A stretch of 43,070 bases of DNA from Candidatus Rifleibacteriota bacterium (GCA_051747585.1 JBNJGH010000020.1:1-43070), one strand, 5' to 3'; positions 1-9,571 are shown, numbered from the stretch's first letter. Numbers and translations are program-made. Notes: generated from the sequence alone by a model not told the origin.

Positions 1-15
1 TGCTGAAGAAGGAAA

Positions 16-58
16 AGCCGGGCGGTGAAACCGCCGGCTATTTGTCCACAGGACAAAT
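16..58. repeat. Two adjacent inverted repeats (hairpins) at the window start
   Basis: AGCC-G-GGCGGT-GAA-ACCGCC-GGCT (16-39) and ATTTGTCC-ACA-GGACAAAT (40-58) are near-perfect and perfect stems. Could be a terminator or REP-like element. Confidence 0.5.
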
Positions 59-85
59 CCTGGCTGAAAAAGATTAAAAAATTAA

Positions 86-112
86 CTCCGTGCCCTCGGT
101 GGCCTCAGTGGT
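86..112. repeat. Three 9-bp units CTCNGTGSN (REP-like dispersed repeat)
   Basis: CTCCGTGCC CTCGGTGGC CTCAGTGGT. The same unit family recurs at 34363-34391. Confidence 0.55.
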
Positions 113-379
113 TTAAATTCTTTATTTGCCCTAAATAAATAAAACCAGAACTTTTTGTAACCAGCTAATAATGACTGACCGAGAATTCCTGGAGATTTTC
201 TCAATTATTCTTAATTTAGCTTTTAAACAATATTTAAATTGTTTTGAGACGGTCGAAGTTTTTAATTGTGCAATTATCAGAGCCTGCTATTTATCTCAAA
301 AACATAAGGCGGAAAAAACGAAAACCTGGCAAAACCGGCAAATGAACTGAAATGGAGAATTTGAGCAGCATGTTTGAAA

Positions 380-862
380 TTATATATGCTGGAAAAAACG
401 TCGCATTAGTATATGAGTCCAGGCAATGCTGATGGCGTCGGCTTCATTATCATCTTTTACTTTTGCGTTGAATTCAGCTTGTATAAATCTGGCTACATCT
501 GTTTTGCTTGCATTGCCATAGCCGGTAACCGCCTGTTTAATCTGACGGGGAGCATAGAAGAAAACAGGAATGTCTTTTTCGGCTGCGCAAAGGCGTGCGA
601 CTCCCCTTAATTCACCCAAAGAGATAGGGGTTTTTCTTGACGTTTTTGCCGGAAGAAAAACATCTTCGATTGCAATTTCAGCAGGTTGGTATTTGGTAAT
701 AGTTTCCTGTAAAAGCAAATACAGATTCAGCAATCTTTGCTGAATCTGATTTGCTTTTGCCAGTTTTCGAGTTGTACTGAACAGTAGTTTGTTAGTTGTG
801 CTGTCAATAACACTGAGACCGATCTGATTTGCCAGGTCGAGACCCAGTATGTTGCTTTTCAT
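380..862 (-). CDS. ruvC: Crossover junction endodeoxyribonuclease RuvC family
   Basis: ILGLD, IAIEDVF, LGELRGV, YAPRQIKQAVTGYGNASK and DNEADAISIA motifs typical of RuvC. Confidence 0.85.
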   Translation of the reverse strand: MKSNILGLDLANQIGLSVIDSTTNKLLFSTTRKLAKANQIQQRLLNLYLLLQETITKYQPAEIAIEDVFLPAKTSRKTPISLGELRGVARLCAAEKDIPVFFYAPRQIKQAVTGYGNASKTDVARFIQAEFNAKVKDDNEADAISIAWTHILMRRFFQHI

Positions 863-890
863 TCAGGTTAGTTCCTGTTCTTTATTCTGT

Positions 891-1046
891 TTATTTGTCA
901 TCGGGTTTGGGAAAAAGAACAACTGAAACTCCGCTTGAAACGCCTCCGGTTAAACCTGCAAGGACAATGGAATTTCTGCCGATATACTCGGCATACAAAA
1001 GTACCGGAAACATAACACAGAACATAAAAACCATTCTTTTAATCAT
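891..1046 (-). CDS. Putative 51-aa small membrane protein (not in ORF track)
   Basis: Manual translation MIKRMVFMFCVMFPVLLYAEYIGRNSIVLAGLTGGVSSGVSVVLFPKPDDK. Two hydrophobic segments, GxxxG motif, and it fills the gap between two co-oriented genes. Confidence 0.5.
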   Translation of the reverse strand: MIKRMVFMFCVMFPVLLYAEYIGRNSIVLAGLTGGVSSGVSVVLFPKPDDK

Positions 1047-1063
1047 GTAAGGAGGTAATTTAC

Positions 1064-2983
1064 TCATCTGCTGGAACCTGAGCTGTTATTTTTGTTGGGA
1101 TTCGGCCTTCTTCTACGCTTGTTAGACGTGCGACCAGGTTTGCGCCGGGTATTTCCGCGACTATTGTTATTATTGTTGCGATTGTTGCTTGATTTTTTCT
1201 TTTTTGGCGGTGGGGGATTGTAATTATAAAGATCATGCTTGTTCGACTTAATCGGCGGTATGTGATTTGGATCTTCTAAGAACTCTTCTTCGGGCCGTTT
1301 AGGTTCGAGTTCAGCTTTTTTCTTTGCTTCTCGTTTTTCAGATTCGTAGCGACTCATAGCAAGAGCAAGTCTGACCGAATCCAGGTCTTCTTCTGTTTGT
1401 CCGCCAAAAGACTCAAAATGTCGATGTTTTGATTCATCGCACTCGTTTGGTTTCCTTTTTTCGCGACGCAACGGTGCTGGTTCAGGAGCTGTTGTATTTT
1501 GAACTTCACTTTGTTTATCCTGTTTTTCCGCTGTTGCTGAATCCTTTACTTCATTTTGGTATTCAGCTTTCTTTCTGGTTCTATCAGCATTATCTTGATT
1601 ATGCCTGTTGTCGCTGCGTCTGGTTTTCTGTGAATCGTTTGCCGGTGCCCTGAAGGCTTCTTTGCGTGCCTCGGCCAAAACTTTAGCATCCTGAACGAAT
1701 GCCTGGGGAAGAAAAGCATTGAGATTGAACTCCTGAGCGGGTAGATTTAATGCCTTGGCCAGCTGATTCCTAAGCTGGTATATGTCTTCTTCGGTCCATT
1801 CTACCTGTGGCACCAGATGCTTAAGTTTTTTCGAAGCATTGATAATTCGTAATTTTGCATAATTTCCCGCCATAATTCCCTGGAAAATTCCAAGCTCATC
1901 AAGGATTTCCAGGGGGTACTGGGTTTCTTTTTCGCCTTCAAAACCGCATCTTTCAAGAAGCTGATTAAGAGTGGTAAAAACAGAAAGTCTGGCTTTCAAG
2001 CCATCCTGGTTGCTTCTAAATTCTTTAAGAAATAGACTTTTAAGATATTCAAACGGAGGTGTTTGACTAAAACAGGCAAGAAATTTGTTCAGAGCCTTTT
2101 TGTGTCTTGCCGAATTCTTTTTAATTTCGTCGGCAAGATTGGTTTCGCGAGTGAAAATTGCCGAAATAACCTCTTCAGGTTTCTGAGAAAAATCTTCTAC
2201 CTTTTTAAATTTCCGGCTTAAGACCTCGCCGGTTTTCCCCTGATAGATAGTGGAAAGAATTATCAAATAAAAATGGACATTGGGATCCATGATTTCTCTT
2301 TCAATCCATCGCCAGAGTCCCTTGCGAATGTATTTGTTTCGCCGCTTGTGCATGGTTGAGAGACATTCGTGTACAATGGCTTCTTTAAGCGCATACAACA
2401 GATCTTTAGATACTACCTGATTGAATTGCTTTTTGCTTTCAGGTCTTTTGTCTCTATTGTCGCGCTTGTCGCGCTTGTCCCGATTATCTCTATTGCTACT
2501 TGGTCTCTCACTTCTTTTTTTTCGAGAATCAGGCATGATCCTCGAAAGTTGAACTTCTATGATGGGGCAGCGAATTCGGGAAGGTCTGGTAGAAACTGTT
2601 TCTGTTCCTTTTCTGACAAGAATAATTGCTTTTTTTATGCGATTCAAAGGCACTTTATGCTGTTTATGAAACAATTTTGCTTTTGCAGGAAGAAGATATT
2701 TTTGTCCAATTTGTAAATGGGGCACAGATATATCGATAAGAATATATCTGGTCTTTTTCTTGTCGTTTGAGCAGAAAATCAGGTCGATACTTTCTTCGTC
2801 TTCTTCCAGCTTGAAATTTGATTTCCAGAATTGCCAGTTACCAGGCCCAATTCTTGACTTCAATGAGTCTGCAATTTTGTTGCTGTAATTTTCAAGACCC
2901 TTGATAATTGAATTTAAGTCGATGCTTGAACTACTTGTAGCAGACTTGCTTTGTTTTTCGTTTTTCGATGTTTGTTTAACCAC
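1064..2983 (-). CDS. Hypothetical protein, 639 aa, with long charged/disordered tail
   Basis: Long ORF with GTG start and GGAG RBS. RDN/RDK repeats and a K/R/N-rich C-terminus. Confidence 0.8.
   Translation of the reverse strand: MVKQTSKNEKQSKSATSSSSIDLNSIIKGLENYSNKIADSLKSRIGPGNWQFWKSNFKLEEDEESIDLIFCSNDKKKTRYILIDISVPHLQIGQKYLLPAKAKLFHKQHKVPLNRIKKAIILVRKGTETVSTRPSRIRCPIIEVQLSRIMPDSRKKRSERPSSNRDNRDKRDKRDNRDKRPESKKQFNQVVSKDLLYALKEAIVHECLSTMHKRRNKYIRKGLWRWIEREIMDPNVHFYLIILSTIYQGKTGEVLSRKFKKVEDFSQKPEEVISAIFTRETNLADEIKKNSARHKKALNKFLACFSQTPPFEYLKSLFLKEFRSNQDGLKARLSVFTTLNQLLERCGFEGEKETQYPLEILDELGIFQGIMAGNYAKLRIINASKKLKHLVPQVEWTEEDIYQLRNQLAKALNLPAQEFNLNAFLPQAFVQDAKVLAEARKEAFRAPANDSQKTRRSDNRHNQDNADRTRKKAEYQNEVKDSATAEKQDKQSEVQNTTAPEPAPLRREKRKPNECDESKHRHFESFGGQTEEDLDSVRLALAMSRYESEKREAKKKAELEPKRPEEEFLEDPNHIPPIKSNKHDLYNYNPPPPKKKKSSNNRNNNNNSRGNTRRKPGRTSNKRRRRPNPNKNNSSGSSR
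2444..2494 (-). repeat. 9-bp coding tandem repeat encoding NRDNRDKRDKRDNRDKR
   Basis: Degenerate 9-bp period seen in the DNA (cttgtcgcg-like units). Confidence 0.7.
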
Positions 2984-3115
2984 AAAAAATCTCCAAATTC
3001 ACGGATATCAAAAAAATTAATCCGTTAAATTTAAGGCGGGTTTAATTTAAATTCCACCTTTTTGCCGTCTTGTTATATGGGCCGGCAGCCATAAGATTCC
3101 ACTAAAAGAATAAAA

Positions 3116-3745
3116 TTATTTTAGTGGAGTGTTGAAAGATATTATATGGTGCAGTCTTAAAAAATTAGATGGCTCAATTTTAATATTTTGTGCACCTGCA
3201 TCTCTCAGTATTTCTACCAGGTCGCGGTCTAGCGTGAATAAGCCCAGTCCGGAAAAAATCGGATGAAACAGGTCCTCAATAGCGCCTAAAATGGAACTAT
3301 TACTGCGAAGATGATTGATTAAAACAATTTTTGCTCCGGGTTTGGCTACTCGAAAAATCTCTTTAACGGCTTTGGCAGTGTCTTCGACTACAGTTAAAAC
3401 ATAGGCGGACAGTATGTAATCAAAAGAATTGTCTGCAAATGCCATGCTCTGAACATCCATCTGTAAAAGATCAGTTTTGCAATAATCGTCACAGCTTTCA
3501 GTCTTCTTTTTGGATTCTTTTAACATTCCAAGACTGAAATCAAAAGCAGTTAGAGAAATATCATCAGAATAATAATCAAGACTTAAACCTGTGCCTATGC
3601 CCACTTCTAAGACTTTTGCGTCGGCAGCAGGTGAAAGATGTTCAATTGCATTTGCTCTACCCGATTCAAGAAAAGGGCGTAGAAAAAGATCGTAGGTAGA
3701 GCTGAATTTATCATATGTTTCCTGAATGCTTTGCGAGTTAGCCAA
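3116..3745 (-). CDS. Class I SAM-dependent methyltransferase, PmtA (phospholipid N-methyltransferase)-like
   Basis: YDKFSSTYD, VLEVGIGTG, FADNSFD, EIFRVAKPG and VLINH motifs. Start moved to TTG at 3745, after GGAGAAGGA. Confidence 0.75.
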   Translation of the reverse strand: MANSQSIQETYDKFSSTYDLFLRPFLESGRANAIEHLSPAADAKVLEVGIGTGLSLDYYSDDISLTAFDFSLGMLKESKKKTESCDDYCKTDLLQMDVQSMAFADNSFDYILSAYVLTVVEDTAKAVKEIFRVAKPGAKIVLINHLRSNSSILGAIEDLFHPIFSGLGLFTLDRDLVEILRDAGAQNIKIEPSNFLRLHHIISFNTPLK

Positions 3746-3919
3746 AATCCTTCTCCAAACTGGTTGATGCACAATGCACCAGATTCTATACTGTATACTT
3801 AACATAAAAAACAACAACTTTCAATGTTTGTTTAGGGCGGGTAAACTGGACAAGGTTTGATTGCATCTGGTAAGATGAACCTTGAGTTTTGAATTGGTTA
3901 ATTACAGGCAGGTGACAAT

Positions 3920-4672
3920 ATGGTTAGACCCTTATATCCTCCGCGAAAGAAGGCTCCGCCACCACCCCCACCACTCTGGAAAAATCCTCAGCTGGTCGGG
4001 GCAACAGCGATAATACTAATACTTGTTGTTGTTTTTGTTTACCACTTTTACAGCTCAAGAATTATTAATCCACAGGCTTTACCCGGGGGAGAAAAATCAG
4101 AAAGTATGTTTTCTTTTCTTGAACCATCCCAGTATTTTAAAGCCAACTCTAAGATTGCCGACCTTCAAAAAGAAAAACTGAAGAAGATGGGTATTAACGA
4201 GTCATCGAAAGCATTGAACAGTGAAGTTGAAGCTAAAGATTTGCGTGAACAGCGGAGAATTCTGGCAATTCGCAAATATGAAGCAGCCCGTGAAACAGCC
4301 GAACGTCGAAGAAGGGAGCGGGAAGAACTTGTTAAACGTTTGAACTCCAAAACTTCTCAGGAGTTAAAGCGTGCCGTAGTTGCCCTGGAGGCTTCAGATA
4401 ATCTTGGCATCATGAAGCTTGAATCTCTTCTTGAAGAAAAATTGATGGAAAGTGGCGCTAAAAGCCAAGATCTGGATGCTATTATTTATGCTTATAATTC
4501 ACTGGCAAAAGTTTACGAAAAAAAGCGCATGCATGATAAGGCAAAAAATGCTTATGTAAGTGCTTTCAGATTAATGAAAAGACGGGCCCCTGCTGATCAG
4601 GAGCCTGAATGGAACGCTGCTATAGATGAGGTCGAGCAAATGCAGACACCTGCTACATCTGGTAGCAATTAA
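3920..4672 (+). CDS. Membrane-anchored coiled-coil protein with TPR-like C-terminus
   Basis: N-terminal TM helix, charged helical middle, TPR-like AYNSLAKVYE...AKNAYVSAF. AGGTGA RBS. Confidence 0.7.
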   Translation: MVRPLYPPRKKAPPPPPPLWKNPQLVGATAIILILVVVFVYHFYSSRIINPQALPGGEKSESMFSFLEPSQYFKANSKIADLQKEKLKKMGINESSKALNSEVEAKDLREQRRILAIRKYEAARETAERRRREREELVKRLNSKTSQELKRAVVALEASDNLGIMKLESLLEEKLMESGAKSQDLDAIIYAYNSLAKVYEKKRMHDKAKNAYVSAFRLMKRRAPADQEPEWNAAIDEVEQMQTPATSGSN

Positions 4673-5126
4673 GTATACAGTTCTGGTTAATAGGAATATG
4701 ATTGGAAATAAGAGGAGCTACATCGGAAACAGGTCGCATAATAACGAACCTTCTGGTTTCGCCTGGCTCGAGATTTTTAACATCATGTTTAAGAATATTT
4801 ACCAGACTGGATCTGTTAAGTCTGCTGTCCGCAAAAGTAGGGAATATTCTGAGATGTTTTACTTTCTGATCAGTAGTATTAATAACATACCCACCAATGT
4901 AAAGATTTTTTCTATCCATCCTCACACCGGTCTTTTTTACAACAACAGAACTGGCTTCTACCTGGGGAAGTTTAACGTAGTTTTTGCCAACTTTTTTAAA
5001 AGCAAACGCTTTCGCAGTTTGCAGTGCTTCTGTTGTTTTTTTGGCCGCCTGGGCAAAGTGACTGTTAAAGGAGAGTGCCATGAGTGATGCTAGAATTAAT
5101 CCAAAATGTTTTTTATTTGCCTTCAT
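4653..5126 (-). CDS. Secreted hypothetical protein, FxLYD-like Ig domain
   Basis: Signal peptide ending AQA. IGGYVINTT...TFAD...NLEPGETRRF pattern. GAGGT RBS. Confidence 0.6.
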   Translation of the reverse strand: MKANKKHFGLILASLMALSFNSHFAQAAKKTTEALQTAKAFAFKKVGKNYVKLPQVEASSVVVKKTGVRMDRKNLYIGGYVINTTDQKVKHLRIFPTFADSRLNRSSLVNILKHDVKNLEPGETRRFVIMRPVSDVAPLISNHIPINQNCILNCYQM

Positions 5127-5198
5127 ATTTGTTTACCTCGGAAAATCTTTCTTTTTCGAGAAATATATCGGCCAATTACTGGAAGGAGTTTACCCGTT

Positions 5199-5753
5199 TT
5201 GAAAATAAATTTTAAAAATAGAGTTACACGGGTTGGTTTAACCCTTGTTGAAATACTGGTAGCTCTTTCGGTTGCATCTTTGGTGATGTTGCCGATTATA
5301 CTTTTGTTCGGAGTTTCTGAAAAGGTTACTTATAAAAGCATTAATGAAGTGGTGGCCTGTAATCTGGCTTTACAGAAAATAGAAGAGCTTAAAAGTCGAA
5401 AATTTCAAGAGCTGCGCAAAATTATCGAGGTCGATGCTGCTGACCCGGTCGAAGGGCCATTTCGTGAAGTTAAGTTGCCTCTCGAATTAAATGGAGTTTG
5501 GAATTCACCTGGGGTCGAATATGCTCGAGAAGCACGCTTGTCATTCTATCCCTTTGTAAACCCAATTCCTACCAGACCGGATTTTGAATTGCAGAAAAGA
5601 AGAATCAGAATCAGAGTTCTGGTCAGATTTATCGAAAATATCTCAGGACAGGAACAAAAAGAAAGAACTTTTGAGCTTGCAACAATTCTAAGCGACGAGA
5701 CTTATGGCTCCGGCTTGAATGCTTCTTTCCCGACAAATATCGGCACACCTTAA
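5199..5753 (+). CDS. Prepilin-type N-terminal cleavage/methylation protein (minor pilin/pseudopilin)
   Basis: G|LTLVE class III signal followed by a hydrophobic helix. Start moved to TTG at 5199, after AAGGAG. Confidence 0.8.
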   Translation: MKINFKNRVTRVGLTLVEILVALSVASLVMLPIILLFGVSEKVTYKSINEVVACNLALQKIEELKSRKFQELRKIIEVDAADPVEGPFREVKLPLELNGVWNSPGVEYAREARLSFYPFVNPIPTRPDFELQKRRIRIRVLVRFIENISGQEQKERTFELATILSDETYGSGLNASFPTNIGTP

Positions 5754-5766
5754 GAAGGATAGAACA

Positions 5767-6477
5767 ATGAAAATGTTTGGCAATAAAAAAATCAGGTCAG
5801 GTTTTACCCTGGTTGAAGTAATGATTTCTTTTCTTATTCTTGGAATCGTTCTGGCAATAGGTTATACCTTCATTCATCAGACTTTTATAAGTTTGGAGCG
5901 CCAGAGACAATCTCTCGACACATTGCATGAAGCCAGAAATTTTTTGATGATTATCGAACGCGATTTGAGGTCGATGACTGAAGTTATCGAAATCGATACA
6001 ATTTTTAAATCGAGTATATTCGATGAAGAGAATGCTTTGCTCTATAAACTGGTAATAGAAGTGCCGGAGAGAAAGGGCAACGGTTATCAGAAGGTTACCT
6101 ATTCTTACGAGGGGCCAAACGACTATAAAGACCGTCCTGGAGCAAACAAAGTAATTTATCGTCAGATTGAGGGCGGCGTAAAAAAGGCCTTTATTACCAA
6201 GCAGTTAAATTACTTGAAAATATGGGGAACAGATGGAACCATTTTTCGTAACAGGAACCCCGACGAAAGTCTTGCTCAGTATCGCAAATATCTTGCTCCT
6301 CATTATTATCATCCTTCCAACCCTGCAGCGGATGGATTGAGAGATATAAGCAAAATCAAGGGGATTGAAGTACAGCTTTCCATGCATGAATTGCTTGATT
6401 CACAAAATAAACCCATAAAACAAAGAACTTTTGTTACCAGAATTTATCCAAGAATTCTTAATGCAAAATACGAATAA
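5767..6477 (+). CDS. Prepilin-type N-terminal cleavage/methylation protein (PulJ/PilW-like)
   Basis: G|FTLVE motif, hydrophobic helix, IERDLR. Start moved to ATG at 5767. Confidence 0.8.
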   Translation: MKMFGNKKIRSGFTLVEVMISFLILGIVLAIGYTFIHQTFISLERQRQSLDTLHEARNFLMIIERDLRSMTEVIEIDTIFKSSIFDEENALLYKLVIEVPERKGNGYQKVTYSYEGPNDYKDRPGANKVIYRQIEGGVKKAFITKQLNYLKIWGTDGTIFRNRNPDESLAQYRKYLAPHYYHPSNPAADGLRDISKIKGIEVQLSMHELLDSQNKPIKQRTFVTRIYPRILNAKYE

Positions 6478-6525
6478 ACCTGTTAATCTGTCGCAGATAA
6501 TACAAAAACAGTCAAGGAGACCACT

Positions 6526-9114
6526 GTGAAAACAGCAATAATAAGGCAGAAGTTTTTAGATTTTTTTGGCAAAAAAGATCATAAAGTAGAAAAATCAGCT
6601 CCGCTTATTCCTCAGGATGATCCAACCCTGTTGTTTATAAGTGCCGGAATGGCGGCATTCAAGCCTTATTTTCTCGGGCTTAAAACCGATCTTGACAGAG
6701 CCGCATCATGCCAAAAATGCTTTAGAACTACAGATATCGAAAATGTTGGTTATACTGCGCGTCATCATACTTTTTTTGAGATGCTTGGTAACTTCAGTTT
6801 TGGAGATTATTTTAAAAAAGATGCAATTGCCTGGGCATGGGAATTTATAACCCGTGAACTTGGTTTGCCAAAAGATAAACTTTATATCTCGGTTCATCAC
6901 AGTGATGATGAGGCATGGAACATCTGGAACCGTGATATTGGCGTATCTTCGGATCGTCTGGTGAGACTCGGCGATAAAGACAACTTCTGGACTATAGGAA
7001 TAGGGCCTTCAGGCCCCTGTTCGGAAATTTATATTGATCAGGGCGAGGAACTTGGTTGTAAAAGCCCTGATTGTGGGCCTGGTTGCGATTGTCAGAGATA
7101 TCTGGAGTTCTGGAACCTGGTATTTACTCAGTATGATCGTGCCGAAGACGGTTCGCTGACCCCCCTGGTAAGAAAAAATATCGATACAGGTATGGGGCTT
7201 GAGCGTTTAGCTGCAATTATGCAAGGTAAAATCGATAATTTTGAAAATGATGTTTTTAGTCGCATAGTTAGCAAAACAGAAGAAATAACCGGACATAAAT
7301 TTCACAGTTCTCAGAAAGATAGAACAGCTTTAAAAGTCGTTTCTGACCATGTTAGAGCTTTGACTTTTGCAATTTCAGACGGAGGCTTGCCCGGTAACGA
7401 AGGCAGGGGTTATGTGTTGCGCAAAATTTTGCGTCGGGCCTCGAGGTTTGGTTTCAGTCATCTAGACCAGCAAAAGCCGTTTTTGCATAAAATTATTCCT
7501 TCTGTTGCTGAAATAATGAGTGATTATTCTGAAGTTTCAGAAAATCAAGACCATGTAACCAGAATTATTAAAAATGAAGAAGAGCGGTTTTTACAAACTT
7601 TAAAAACCGGTAGTGAGATGCTGAATCAGTATATCGAAAAGGCTGCGAAATTCAGCGAAAAAATCCTCCCGGGAGAAGAAGCATTTCTGCTTCACGATAC
7701 TTACGGTTTTCCCCTTGACCTTACAAGAGAAATCTGTCGCGAGCAGGGGTTAAAGGTAGACGAGAAAGGATTTGCCGCCGAACTGGAAAAACAGCGTGAA
7801 CGAGGTCGTGCCAACGTGGTATCGGCTTTTGTAAACTTTAAGGCTATTAACCCCGGCGATTATCCTGAAACTGTTTTTACCGGCTACGAAAAAATGCAGG
7901 ATACCGGTAAGGTTCTCGATATAGTGGATGAAAAAGAACAGACTATTGTAATTACAGACAAAACGCCATTTTACGCTGAAGCCGGAGGTCAGATCGGCGA
8001 CCGTGGAGTTATAAGCAGTGGTAAGGCTGAGTTTGTTGTAAAAACAACAGAGAAATCAGAGGGTGCTTTTCTCCATATCGGCCATTGGAAAACAGAAGAA
8101 AAATTTGCTACCGATGATGAGGTAGAATTAAAAGTAGATTATATTTCTCGTAAAGCCACTATGCGCAACCATACTTCGACACATCTGCTTCATAAGGCCC
8201 TACAGGAAGTCCTTGGAGACCACGTTAAGCAGGCGGGTTCTTACGTCAGCCCCGAAAGGCTGAGGTTTGACTTTACTCATTTTGAATCTATCGCACCTGA
8301 AGATCTGGATAAAATAGAATCAAGAGTCAATCAACAGATATTAGAAGCTCACCAGGTCAGCAAAAAAGAAATGAGCTATGACGAAGCGGTAAAGTCTGGT
8401 GCTATGGCTTTGTTTGGTGAAAAATACGGTGACAAGGTTAGAGTTGTATCTGTGGGTGATTATTCATGTGAATTATGTGGCGGAACCCATCTGGATAATT
8501 CGGCAGAAATAGGTCTTTTTGCAATTACCTCAGAAGCATCGGTTGCCGCAGGAGTCAGACGAATAGAAGCTGTTTCCGGAGCTTATTCGCTTGAAGTGAT
8601 TCATCAACTCAAAGAAAACGAGCGAGCTTTGACCAGATTGCTCGATTGTGACGCCGTCGGTTTGCCTCAAAAAGCTAAAAAGCTTGTCGATGAAAACAAA
8701 CAGTTGCGTCGCGAACTTGATCAGTTAAGAAAAGCTCAGGCTCATGGAAAAATAGATGATATTAAAAACAAGGTTGCGAATATTTCCGGGGTAGATGTAA
8801 TTATTGCCAGAGTTGATAATATGAATGTAAATGAGCTTAAAGAAATCTGTGACGAAATTATTGCACAGAAAAACGAAAACACTTTGGTATTGCTTGCTAG
8901 AAGCGACGACAAAGCCAATTTCGTGACCAAACTCAGTAAAGACCTTGTTAAGCGTGGGCTTCATGCCGGTAAACTGATAAAAGAAGTTGCAAAAGTAGCC
9001 GGTGGCGGTGGTGGCGGTCGCCCAGACATGGCTACAGCCGGCGGTAAAGATGTCAGTAAAGTTGACGAAGCTTTAAAGAAAGCTCAGGAACTTATAGCCG
9101 AACAAATAAAATAA
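6526..9114 (+). CDS. alaS: Alanine--tRNA ligase
   Basis: DPTLLFISAGM, HHTFFEMLGNFSFGDYFK, editing-domain HTSTHLLH and ELCGGTH, C-terminal GGGGGRPDMA. Confidence 0.99.
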   Translation: MKTAIIRQKFLDFFGKKDHKVEKSAPLIPQDDPTLLFISAGMAAFKPYFLGLKTDLDRAASCQKCFRTTDIENVGYTARHHTFFEMLGNFSFGDYFKKDAIAWAWEFITRELGLPKDKLYISVHHSDDEAWNIWNRDIGVSSDRLVRLGDKDNFWTIGIGPSGPCSEIYIDQGEELGCKSPDCGPGCDCQRYLEFWNLVFTQYDRAEDGSLTPLVRKNIDTGMGLERLAAIMQGKIDNFENDVFSRIVSKTEEITGHKFHSSQKDRTALKVVSDHVRALTFAISDGGLPGNEGRGYVLRKILRRASRFGFSHLDQQKPFLHKIIPSVAEIMSDYSEVSENQDHVTRIIKNEEERFLQTLKTGSEMLNQYIEKAAKFSEKILPGEEAFLLHDTYGFPLDLTREICREQGLKVDEKGFAAELEKQRERGRANVVSAFVNFKAINPGDYPETVFTGYEKMQDTGKVLDIVDEKEQTIVITDKTPFYAEAGGQIGDRGVISSGKAEFVVKTTEKSEGAFLHIGHWKTEEKFATDDEVELKVDYISRKATMRNHTSTHLLHKALQEVLGDHVKQAGSYVSPERLRFDFTHFESIAPEDLDKIESRVNQQILEAHQVSKKEMSYDEAVKSGAMALFGEKYGDKVRVVSVGDYSCELCGGTHLDNSAEIGLFAITSEASVAAGVRRIEAVSGAYSLEVIHQLKENERALTRLLDCDAVGLPQKAKKLVDENKQLRRELDQLRKAQAHGKIDDIKNKVANISGVDVIIARVDNMNVNELKEICDEIIAQKNENTLVLLARSDDKANFVTKLSKDLVKRGLHAGKLIKEVAKVAGGGGGGRPDMATAGGKDVSKVDEALKKAQELIAEQIK

Positions 9115-9125
9115 TAAAGCGTTTA

Positions 9126-9548
9126 ATGAAAATATTGGCAATTGATGTAGGAAAAAAAAGAATAGGACTTGCTACTTGCGATCCATTAGAGATTGCTGCC
9201 AGTCCGTATTCAATAATAAAATCGGGAAAAAAAGCTGTTAATGAAGTTGTTAAAATAATAGAAAAAGAAAACATTGAGTTGGTTGTAGTAGGTTTACCGG
9301 TCTCATTTGACGGTAAAGAAAGAGAAGCCTGCACCATTGCAAGGTTTTTTAAAAACCAACTGGCTGCAGTTTCCAAGGTGGAAATTGACTTTTTTGATGA
9401 AAGGTTTACTTCTAAGATTGCAGAAAATTCTTTGATTCAAAGTGGTATGAACAGTCGGCAAAGAAAAGGTAAAATCGATGATGTTGCCGCTTCAATAATT
9501 TTACAGGGATATTTGCAAGCTAGAAAAAACAGGAGCTCGGCTCCGTAA
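9126..9548 (+). CDS. ruvX: Holliday junction resolvase-like RuvX/YqgF
   Basis: ILAIDVGKKRIGLA, VVGLP, DERFTS, IDDVAASIILQGYL. Classic position after alaS. Confidence 0.95.
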   Translation: MKILAIDVGKKRIGLATCDPLEIAASPYSIIKSGKKAVNEVVKIIEKENIELVVVGLPVSFDGKEREACTIARFFKNQLAAVSKVEIDFFDERFTSKIAENSLIQSGMNSRQRKGKIDDVAASIILQGYLQARKNRSSAP

Positions 9549-9571
9549 AAATTTAAGCAAAGGTATGGTAA

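Noticed and set aside
175..186. 12-mer CTGACCGAGAAT also found at 38803-38814
   Set aside because: Many 12-mer matches are expected by chance in 43 kb, and the flanks do not extend the match.
951..985. TAAA...GCCGATAT sigma-28-like pair on the plus strand
   Set aside because: Spacing is 23 bp, and it lies inside and antisense to a probable small ORF.
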